DNA of 63,896 nt, the filler included, from Octopus bimaculoides (lineage: Eukaryota), in assembly GCF_001194135.2 (NCBI RefSeq). It is 8 parts of 8 records of this genome, joined end to end, with 100 filler letters (N's around TTAATTAATTAA, not from the genome) between each part and the next. Parts side by side here need not be neighbours in the genome. Positions count along the whole stretch, not along the records: positions 45,054 to 53,917 come from NC_069008.1; positions 54,018 to 59,069 come from NC_069005.1; positions 59,170 to 61,186 come from NW_026365136.1; positions 61,287 to 62,684 come from NW_026373654.1; positions 62,785 to 63,896 come from NC_068991.1; 3 more parts are not named here. One strand, given 5' to 3'. Position numbers and translations under genes: made by a program. Shown here in pieces: positions 53,917-63,896 of this stretch (position 1 is the first letter of the stretch; every line of letters begins with the position of its first letter). The notes below the pieces were generated by a model. The model made no database searches. It was not told where the DNA came from and saw nothing but the letters and a program-made list of their open reading frames with translations.

Positions 53917-54146
53917 GNNNNNNNNNNNNNNNNNNNNNNNNNNNNNNNNNNNNNNNNNNNNTTAATTAATTAANNNNNNNNNNNNNNNNNNNNNNNNNNN
54001 NNNNNNNNNNNNNNNNNGAATATGCATATCTATATAAAAATTATGAACACGCATATATAGAATATATCTGTATATATGTATTTATATGTATACATACACA
54101 AACAACCATACATATTGCATATGATGTATATATGTGTGTGAATGTA

Positions 54147-54192
<46 letters not shown>

Positions 54193-54633
54193 CACACACT
54201 CCTAAATACATGAATAAAACATGCATGTGTGTGTGTCTGTGTGTGTAAGTTGTTTTGCAGCAAAAATTAAAACAGCAATGAAAGAATAGATGAGAAGGGA
54301 GAGAGAGAAAGAAAGAGAGAGAAAGAGAAAGAGAGAAACAGAGATCGAGAGAGAGAGAGAGAGCGAGCGAGGGAGAGATTTGACAGTGGCAAATGATGGG
54401 GGAGGCACAAGGCAACACCTGTTCATTACAGAGCAATTGTCTCGTCTGGTAACAAGACATGAAGCAATAACACATTGGTTGGGATGCATAATTACAATCC
54501 ACTTTCCGATTCCTCATATTTTTGCAGCCCTTCAAAAAGCAAAAAACACAATAAGCTGTTCTAAGCATTTCTCCATATTAATATGTGCTTTAATTATCTA
54601 ATACTGTCTCAAAATTCGTTATATATATATATG

Positions 54634-54683
<50 letters not shown>

Positions 54684-54946
54684 TATGTGTGTGTGTATAT
54701 GTTTGTGTGTCTATGTTTGTTCCCCCCAACATCGCTTGACAACCGATGCTGTTGTGTTTACGTTCCCGTAACTTACCGGTTACGATAGAGTAAGTACTAG
54801 ACCGATAGAATAAGTACTAGGAACCATGTGGTTGGGAACCATGTGGAACCATGTGGTTGGGAACTAAACTTGTTACCACATAACCCTGCTTGCGCCTAAA
54901 TATAAACAATAAACATGGAAGGACGGAGTCAGCGATATTATTTCTT

Positions 54947-55172
54947 TATTGCCCACGGGGTGGGGGTAAACATATAGGGGACAAACAAGGACAAACAAAG
55001 GGATTAAGTCGATTACATCGACCCCAGTACGCAACTGGTACTTATTCAATCGACCCTGAGAGGATGAAAGGCAAAGTCGACCTCGGTGGAATTTGAACTC
55101 AGAACGTAACGGCAGACGAAATATCGCTAAGCATTTCGCCCGGCGCGCTAACGTTTCTGCCAGGTCACCGCC
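54947..55172 (-). mobile_element. SINE family C
   Basis: Close reverse complement of 53707-53916, including the GGGGACAAACAAGGACA 3' end. Confidence 0.9.
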
Positions 55173-55199
55173 CTATTATTATTATTAATATCATCATCA

Positions 55200-55267
<68 letters not shown>

Positions 55268-55561
55268 TAAGCTCTAATTAAATAGACATGTATTTGATAT
55301 AGAGTAGTAATTTATAATTATACGAATACAATTAGACATAATTAAAAGCACACACAAACACGCGCATGCGTAGTGGATTCATTCGTTATTTAATAACATA
55401 TTCACCAATCAATGGATATAGACATTGAACAGAGCTGATGTGTTTATCTACCATGAATCGTTCTGAGGATTGGTCTGCCCGCTCCCTTCCCACTACCCTT
55501 GTCTTGTTTATAGGGGTGTATACCTTGTTTATATGGGTGTACACACGCATGTAGGTAGGAG

Positions 55562-55878
55562 CACTCCGTCGGTTACGACGACGAGGGTCCCAGCTGATAC
55601 GATCAACAGAACAGCTTGCTCATGAAATTAACGTTCAAGTGGCTGAGTACTCCACAGACATATTTACCCTTAAAGTAGTTCTTAGGGAGATTCAGCGGGA
55701 CACAGAATGTAATGAAGCTGGCCCCTTTGAATTACAGGTACAATTCATTTTTGCCAGCTGAGTGGACTGGAGCAACGTGAAATAAGGTGTCTTGCTCAAG
55801 GACATAGCGCGTCGCCGGGAAATGAACTTGTGATCTTACGATCGTGAGCCGAATGCCCTAACCACTAAACCACGCGCC

Positions 55879-55881
<3 letters not shown>
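55562..55881 (-). mobile_element. SINE family A, full length
   Basis: Head GAAGGCGCGTGGTTTAGTGGTTAGGG; box GTCCTTGAGCAAGACACCTTATTTCACGTTGCTCCAGTCCACTCAGCTGGCAAAAATG; 3' end CGTCGTAACCGACGGAGTGC. Confidence 0.9.
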
Positions 55882-55911
<30 letters not shown>

Positions 55912-56128
55912 GCACACACACACACATATACATCTATTTATATAGATGTATACTTATATCTATTTATATACATATACACTATCTCTATAAAATTCTGCCA
56001 GAAGCAAGCGTCATTAAACTTTTTTGCTCAATTCTCAGGAACCTACTGGAACTATGGATGTTATCCATTCCAATTACATATCCGTAATACCAGAACTATG
56101 ACCTCTCAATGTAGAGAAGTAGCGGATC

Positions 56129-56712
56129 GACCTGGAGAAATTCCTTCGTCTTCGAGCAACGCTCCCTGTCAAGCAACGCTACCCCAGAGATCCTTCACAT
56201 AAACCCCGTTTTGACCTGGAGAAATTCTTTCGTCTTCGAGCAACGCACCCTGTCANNNNNNNNNNNNNNNNNNNNNNNNNNNNNNNNNNNNNNNNNNNNN
56301 NNNNNNNNNNNNNNNNNNNNNNNNNNNNNNNNNNNNNNNNNNNNNNNNNNNNNNNNNNNNNNNNNNNNNNNNNNNNNNNNNNNNNNNNNNNNNNNNNNNN
56401 NNNNNNNNNNNNNNNNNNNNNNNNNNNNNNNNNNNNNNNNNNNNNNNNNNNNNNNNNNNNNNNNNNNNNNNNNNNNNNNNTCTTCGAGCAACGCTCCCTG
56501 TCAAGCAACGCTACCCCAGAGATCCTTCACATAAACCCCGTTTTGACCTGGAGAAATTCCTTCGTCTTCGAGCAACGCACCCTGTCAAGCAACGCTACCT
56601 CAGAGATCCTTCACATAAACCCCGTTTTGACCTGGAGAAATTCCTTCGTCTTCGAGCAACGCTCCCTGTCAAGCAACGCTACCCCAGAGATCCTTCACAT
56701 AAACCCCGTTTT
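56129..56712 (+). repeat. 84-bp minisatellite (about 4 units sequenced, about 7 if the gap is filled by the repeat)
   Basis: The unit GACCTGGAGAAATTCC...ATAAACCCCGTTTT starts at 56129, 56213, 56545 and 56629, with only 1-3 substitutions between units. Confidence 0.95.
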
Positions 56713-56949
56713 GGCTGCCTGCGTTCGCGATCGTTTGGTAAAAACATAATGGTGATGAAGAAATTTCAATTTCCCACCTTAACGATTGCACAGAACGGCT
56801 TCCGTTTGGCTACAAATAATGATAATTTGTGAGTTACCTTGAAAATACCAGAGTTGACCGTTTCACCAGATTTACGGAAAATTTCTACATTTCAAGCGTC
56901 TAGTAGCTGAGGTAAGCTTTTACTCGAAATCGGCTGCCGTTTTATAATA

Positions 56950-57156
56950 CGGTGAACTGGCAGAACCATTAGCAACCGAGCAAAATGCTTAACAACATCA
57001 AGTCTGTTTTTACTTTCTGAGTTCAAATTCTCCCAAGGTCGATTTTGCTTTTATCCTTTTGGGGGTCGATAAAATAAATACCAGTTGAGTACTGGGTGTC
57101 AATGTAATCGACTCACTCCTCACGAATTTGCTGGCTTTGTACCAGAATTTGAAACC
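56950..57156 (+). mobile_element. SINE family C
   Basis: GGTGAACTGGCAGAA...TTCTGAGTTCAAATTCTCCCAAGGTCGA...CAGAATTTGAAACC. Confidence 0.8.
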
Positions 57157-57299
57157 AAGATATATATGTATGCATGTATATATGTGTGTACGTTTCTGTG
57201 TGTGTGTGTTTCTTATATCTGTCTCCATTCTCGCGCTTTCTGTCTTTCTTCTTGTCTCTCTTTTCCTTATCTGTATGTGTGTGTGTGCTTAAGCATATG

Positions 57300-57357
<58 letters not shown>

Positions 57358-58114
57358 CCTATCTATCTATCTCTCTACCTATCTATCTCTCTACTTTTAT
57401 ATATATCTACCTATATATAGACAAACACGCCGTTCACCCTCCAGTCTCTCTCTGCCTTCCACTCATTGTCTCTATCTTTCTTCTAATTTTCTCTCACTCT
57501 CCATATATGACTCTCACTATTTATCTTTCTCCTTCATCGTTTCTGTCCATCTTTCACCCACCCTATCTCTCTCTCTCTCTCCCCCTCTCTCTCTGTTCTA
57601 CTATTTCCCATCTAATTCACTTATCCTTCATCCAAACTGTCACCCCTGTTTACCCAACCCAACTCTGACCCCACCAACACCTACCCATATGCCACACCCC
57701 CTCNNNNNNNNNNNNNNNNNNNNNNNNNNNNNNNNNNNNNNNNNNNNNNNNNNNNNNNNNNNNNNNNNNNNNNNNNNNNNNNNNNNNNNNNNNNNNNNNN
57801 NNNNNNNNNNNNNNNNNNNNNNNNNNNNNNNNNNNNNNNNNNNNNNNNNNNNNNNNNNNNNNNNNNNNNNNNNNNNNNNNNNNNNNNNNNNNNNNNNNNN
57901 NNNNNNNNNNNNNNNNNNNNNNNNNNNNNCACCTCGACGCCCCTACTCACTCCCCCCCTCCCCCTTCTCCTTCCAATTTCCATTATTTTAATAGAATTCC
58001 TCGCCATCCCACAAGTATTTCATCAAAGGATTTAAGCTTCTTTTTAAAAGACTTTTTTTTTGGCACATCACTGTCTCCACCCCACCGCCGCCACTACCGC
58101 CACCATCACCTTTG

Positions 58115-58175
<61 letters not shown>

Positions 58176-58316
58176 CCAATAGCCAATACCATCACCGCCA
58201 CGGCCACGGTCGCCACCCTACACCATCACCACTATCAAAGCTGCTGCCGCCATCTACACCGCTACTATCACTACCACCACGACCATCGCCGCCACCACCA
58301 CCGTCACTGTCTCCTT

Positions 58317-58351
<35 letters not shown>

Positions 58352-58582
58352 ACCAGCCCCACAAGTATTCCCCTCCCAACTACTACCTCCACCCTAACCT
58401 CCCTTCCACTACCAACACGCTACTTTCACAAACACTACCACCCCGTACTCTCACCAATACTAGTTATACACTACTAACGTTATACGAATACTAACACTAG
58501 CACCGCCACCGCCACCGTCACCACCACCACCACCACCACCACTACCACCGTCATCATCACTACTAGTCACCTAAATTGGATT

Positions 58583-58862
58583 TCCGTCGGTTACGATGAT
58601 GAGGGTTCCAGTTGATTCGATCAACGGAACAGCATCTTCGTGAAATTAACGTTCAAGTGGCTGAGTACTCCACAGACACATATACCCTTAATGCACAAAC
58701 ACACACAGACGGGCTTCTTTCAGTTTCCGTCTACCAAATCCACTCACAATGCTTTGGTTGGCCCGAGGCTATAAACGAAGACTTGCCAAAGATGCCACGC
58801 TGTGGGACTGAACCCGGAACCATGTGGTTGGTGAGCAAGCTACTTACCACACAGCCACTCCT
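58583..58862 (-). mobile_element. Family A 3' half abutting a family B 5' half
   Basis: 58583-58692 matches 55566-55680. 58706-58862 is the family B head through GAAAGAAGCCCGTC. Confidence 0.8.
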
Positions 58863-59463
58863 ACTGTTTTATTTTTTATTTTTTCCTTTTGTCTCTCTGT
58901 CGTTCTTGCTCATTTTCTCTATCACATGGTTTTGTAAATGAACAATCTGGTGTGTCTATTTTAATGTATACAGTGCGTTTCTCTGCCCTAGGTATCAGGA
59001 AGACACTCGGCAAGAAATGGAAACAGAATTGAAAGAAGGGGATAATGAAAATGATAAAAACAACGACATNNNNNNNNNNNNNNNNNNNNNNNNNNNNNNN
59101 NNNNNNNNNNNNNTTAATTAATTAANNNNNNNNNNNNNNNNNNNNNNNNNNNNNNNNNNNNNNNNNNNNCTATGGATCTTCCTGACGCGACGCTCGCCAC
59201 ATCAACGTCCAGTATTTAGAAAAATTTCACCACTTGTGACTCGCCCATCTTTCATTTCACTTCCGTGGACTTTATGCTAGTGGAAATGACTCTCTACGTG
59301 CATATTACTAAAGCCCGCATCAAGTCTAGTGACTGGTGCATGATGGGACATTTTACAGCGAGCGATGTTGTCGGAGGTAAACAAGCAATGCTGCTTATGG
59401 CAACAGTCTTCTTCTAGAAATTTAATGTACGGAAGCGGTGTACACCTAATGGTGTATAACCAC

Positions 59464-59890
59464 TTTCCTATAATTGGTGACCCCGAGTAAGAACAACCGC
59501 AGCCGAGGATTCTGATCTACCGACCGATAATACTACACTAGCCGCCGCTGACATAAGTAAATACGGCATTTCGAACAGCTACCCGACTCAAGAACAAACG
59601 CAGCCCGGAGATTTCCTACAACTGGTGACCCCCGAATAAAGAACAACAGCAGCCGAAATTCTGATCTACTGACCGATAATACTGCACGAGCCGTCAACAT
59701 GCTCGTCACAGATAGAGAATGCACACACTCACTCACATCAGCCTATTCCACAGCTGCAGGACTTTCTCTTGGTCATCACACGGCACTTCCCTACAATTGA
59801 TGACCCCGAATAAAGAACAACTGCAGCCGAAAATCTGAACTGCGACCAATAATACTACAATTGGTACCCCGAGCTAAAAGATCTACAGAC
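59464..59890 (+). mobile_element. LTR-retroelement-like segment with four LTR-end/tRNA-Trp PBS-like units
   Basis: CTATAAT-TGGTGACCCCGA (59475), CTACAAC-TGGTGACCCCCGA (59623), CTACAAT-TGATGACCCCGA (59798), CTACAAT-TGGTACCCCGA (59862). The first three are followed by a shared segment of about 55 nt. Confidence 0.65.
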
Positions 59891-61343
59891 CTCGTTTCAA
59901 CAGCCATTGAATTCGTATGTTTCGCGACGTTCAACTTCAGGATTGCCTCTACATTCTCATCCATCACAAGTGAAAAGCTAAGAAAATTTTTTCTACGTTA
60001 AAGTTTTTCATTTTGTCAATGACTTCCAGAGCCCATAAACGAATACTTCTTTANNNNNNNNNNNNNNNNNNNNNNNNNNNNNNNNNNNNNNNNNNNNNNN
60101 NNNNNNNNNNNNNNNNNNNNNNNNNNNNNNNNNNNNNNNNNNNNNNNNNNNNNNNNNNNNNNNNNNNNNNNNNNNNNNNNNNNNNNNNNNNNNNNNNNNN
60201 NNNNNNNNNNNNNNNNNNNNNNNNNNNNNNNNNNNNNNNNNNNNNNNNNNNNNNNNNNNNNNNNNNNNNNNNNNNNNNNNNNNNNNNNNNNNNNNNNNNN
60301 NNNNNNNNNNNNNNNNNNNNNNNNNNNNNNNNNNNNNNNNNNNNNNNNNNNNNNNNNNNNNNNNNNNNNNNNNNNNNNNNNNNNNNNNNNNNNNNNNNNN
60401 NNNNNNNNNNNNNNNNNNNNNNNNNNNNNNNNNNNNNNNNNNNNNNNNNNNNNNNNNNNNNNNNNNNNNNNNNNNNNNNNNNNNNNNNNNNNNNNNNNNN
60501 NNNNNNNNNNNNNNNNNNNNNNNNNNNNNNNNNNNNNNNNNNNNNNNNNNNNNNNNNNNNNNNNNNNNNNNNNNNNNNNNNNNNNNNNNNNNNNNNNNNN
60601 NNNNNNNNNNNNNNNNNNNNNNNNNNNNNNNNNNNNNNNNNNNCGCCATCAGCAACACGAGTCTACGACTACTACCAAGCATCGTCTTCGCCACCAGCCT
60701 CATCGCCACCAGCCTCATCGCCACCAGCGTCAACATGACTTTCTATGTACACCAATCCAAACCGCCGCGGCACATCTCTCTCTCTCTTCGATTCTGTTAG
60801 GTGTTTCATATTCACCACGATTAATAATAGACTAGAGAATTCAGCCAGCGACGAACATCTGTATAACAAGAATCCGGCCCGGCATCGAAGCCACAACATC
60901 ACAACTAGTGATCGCCCTGCCACACACAGCCTCAACTTCTTTCACATACAGTCTCTTCCAATTGTGTACTCGACGAACTGGTATAAATGCTCACGTGTTA
61001 CTGACACTTTTTCTATCTGCTGTATATAACGCATACACATACATGTATCACTCACACACACTCTTTTCTTTATACGACGGCCTGTTTTTTTATTATGTTT
61101 TTATATGTCGCATTCACACTCACGATCAACAGACAAGTTAAAATATTCAGTACCAGGTAACAGGTCCCAACTAGCATCCGACGCTCNNNNNNNNNNNNNN
61201 NNNNNNNNNNNNNNNNNNNNNNNNNNNNNNTTAATTAATTAANNNNNNNNNNNNNNNNNNNNNNNNNNNNNNNNNNNNNNNNNNNNCCACCACCACTACT
61301 ACCAATACTACTACTACTACTGTCATCATCATCATCATTTATT

Positions 61344-61447
61344 GAGCTGACAGAATTGTTAGCACGTCATGCGAAATCTTTAGCGGTATTTCTTCTGTCG
61401 CTACGCTCTGATTTCAAATTCCGCCGAAGTCGACTTTGCTTTTCATA
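61344..61447 (+). mobile_element. SINE family C, 5' fragment
   Basis: GAGCTGACAGAATTGTTAGCACG...TTTCAAATTCCGCCGAAGTCGACTTTGC. Confidence 0.8.
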
Positions 61448-61529
61448 TGTCAACAGGTCTGTTTTATATATATGAGACATATATTTGTATGTGCCCTCTA
61501 TGGATGGCCAAACTGCTGGTGCGATGGTC

Positions 61530-62230
61530 AATGATCTCGTAATGCATGTGATCCCAAACATTGCACAAAACTTTAGCAACAGTGTGCGAGCCATCTTAGC
61601 TCCACGTAATGATGCTGTCGACAAAATCAACTGGGATNNNNNNNNNNATCTTAGCTCCACGTAATGATGCTGTCGACAAAATCAACTGGGATCTCTTATA
61701 GCTGTTGCCAAGACAAGAACAGTCTTTCAAATCCTTCGACACTGTCATTGAGCAGGATCAGGCTGTAGTTTTTCCAACTGAGTCCCTGAACTCTCCACAG
61801 ACATGAGGGATGCCACCTCACCACTTAAGACTTAAAAAGGGGGCCCCAATCATGCTGCTCAAGAATCTGGATCCACTTCGTCTGTGCAATGGCACCAGAT
61901 TGGTGGTGAAAGCGATGCGACCCCATGTTATAAAAGGTAACAATAATGACTGGGAACTATAAGGGGGGGGATGTCTTCATTCTACAGATCCCGTTAATCC
62001 CATATGACCTTCTCTTTGAATTTAAACAGTTCCGGTTCCCAGTGAAACCAAGTTTCGCTATGTCAAAAAACATATCTCAAGGACAATCTCTGAAGGTTGT
62101 TGGACTTTACCTTGCTTCTCTCATGGGCAATTATATGTAGGACGTTCATGAGTTGGAAGTCCCAAAAATCTTTTCATGTATACACCAATTAAAGGACACA
62201 CTCAAGACATTGTATATTTAGAAGCTCTAG
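61530..62230 (+). mobile_element. Helitron RepHel C-terminal PIF1 helicase fragment (pseudogenised)
   Basis: RAILAPRNDAVDKIN; FPTESLNS; [31 protein letters not shown]; FPVKPSFAMS..ISQGQSLKVVG; CFSHGQLYVG; DIVY.EAL. Confidence 0.9.
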
Positions 62231-63635
62231 GTAATTAAGCTGTGATTGATTTCCAGATTTGTTTCAATACATTTGTTTATAGTCATGTCATCTGATAGAA
62301 TTTTTGTTAAATGTATTCATTAACAGGAGAGAAGTGCCCGGAGGGTGGTTCATCTCAAATCTATGCATTTTCAGGTTCNNNNNNNNNNCAACGTGTTTCA
62401 AATAAGTACTGACAATTGAAGGTGATTGCAAAGACAAAAAACTACCTGTGAAAATAGCGGACAAAATATGTTATTGGCATATACAGTTGGTACCTCAGCT
62501 AATAGCTGCTGAGAACTGCATAATCCACGTTTCATTTTACTTCTAGATTTAAAAGGCATACTTAAATTTCATTATTTTCAATAACCTGGAAACGTCAAGT
62601 TATTAATGATTAAAGTTGGTATCTCAGCTACTAAGAGGTGAGACCTGCGTAATCTGTGTTTCATGTTAGTTAGAAATCTAAAAGNNNNNNNNNNNNNNNN
62701 NNNNNNNNNNNNNNNNNNNNNNNNNNNNTTAATTAATTAANNNNNNNNNNNNNNNNNNNNNNNNNNNNNNNNNNNNNNNNNNNNATGCCAGCTCGTGGTT
62801 GAGGTGAAAGAATAAATTGTAAATCCAAAAAATAACAGCAAAAATACAAAGGATTCTGCGGTACACGTGTTTCAAGCTTTATATCAGTGTATAATTTACA
62901 ATACAAAGCTATCTTCAGCCGCAAAAGTATTTCTCTCCCAGGAAATTACATCACATCGGCGTTAAAGGAGGAAGAAAGGTGTGATATAAGAGGTGAAGAT
63001 CCTTTCGGTATTTTGTATAGTACTATACCTCGTATAATTTTCCATTTACACATAATTTCTTCGGTCCTCCGAAAACCGTCCATACCTTGCCACGATTCAG
63101 TGTGTAGTGTTAAGTTGGTAGTTAAGAACAATACAATAAAATGACAAAACGAAACAATATAAAATAAAATGGGAATATAAAATCCTGAGCAGAAAAGAAA
63201 AGAAAAAGAAAAAGAAATACACAGATATTCATGTAAAAAAATAAACTTAAAATAAAATAAAAAATAAAGGGAGTCAAATCGGTGGGGCGGGCAATCTAAG
63301 AAGTAATAAGAGAAAGTCGTGATAGTCAAGTAAGCTACATCTAAGCTATTTAGATGGGTTGTTGAAGGGTGGAGAGGAAAAATCTAAATGTAGAAGAAGA
63401 TAAAGCGATAAATAGATATAGATACAGAGATCTTAAAGGTCGTAAGGGATAGATATATATGAGCTGTGTCTGTCTATATCAGTGGTGGGTCGTAAATAAG
63501 AAGTGTCATGCCAGAATAGACTTGAAACATGAAACATGAAACATGATATTCTTGTGGTGAGTGATCAGTGGTCAACCTAAGCGAATTACAACTTAAGTGT
63601 ACTAACCTATCTACATACACTTATCTAGATGAAGA

Positions 63636-63667
<32 letters not shown>

Positions 63668-63760
63668 TACAGATATGTAAGTATGTATGTATGCATGTAT
63701 GCATGTATGTATGTATGCATGTATGCATGTATATGTATGTATGTATATATGTATGTGCAT

Positions 63761-63800
<40 letters not shown>

Positions 63801-63896
63801 GGTGATAAATTAACATTATTTTTCTTTGTGGTTGGGTCGTTGATAACCTCTTTCTAGCATATTGGATGTCCACCTAGTGGTCTTCCCTTATACACG

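Noticed and set aside
56129-56712. 84-bp period suggesting a C2H2 zinc-finger array (expanded in octopus)
   Set aside because: No frame on either strand has C-x2-C...H-x3-H or a TGEKP-like linker.
59464-59890. Repeat-spacer pattern as a CRISPR array
   Set aside because: The context is eukaryotic, unit lengths are irregular, the repeats are degenerate and match a tRNA PBS, and there are no cas genes.

Overview
This is repeat-dominated, AT-rich animal genomic DNA with many N gaps. The repeat families and extreme microsatellite density suggest an octopus; that is my inference, not a database result. I cannot support any host protein-coding gene, rRNA, true tRNA or CRISPR array, and most ORFs in the track are microsatellite or N-gap artefacts. 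The window contains: (1) about 20 copies of at least three tRNA-derived SINE families; (2) one long, GC-rich, frame-intact RTE LINE (16672-18985) plus older RTE fragments; (3) five R4/Dong-clade (restriction-like endonuclease) LINE fragments, all on the minus strand, some embedded in (TAA)n; (4) a decayed Tx1/L1-type ORF2 preceded by an unexplained ORF; (5) Penelope-like element (PLE) RT and GIY-YIG fragments and four minimal type I hammerhead ribozyme motifs; (6) two Helitron PIF1 helicase fragments; (7) hAT, mariner and foldback MITEs, including a three-layer nest with intact TSDs; (8) four tandem LTR-end/tRNA-Trp PBS-like units; and (9) an 84-bp minisatellite. The best lead is a putative tRNA-headed SINE whose body carries a PLE-type hammerhead. 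Seven 100-bp scaffolding linkers (N44-TTAATTAATTAA-N44) mean that adjacency across those points is uncertain.
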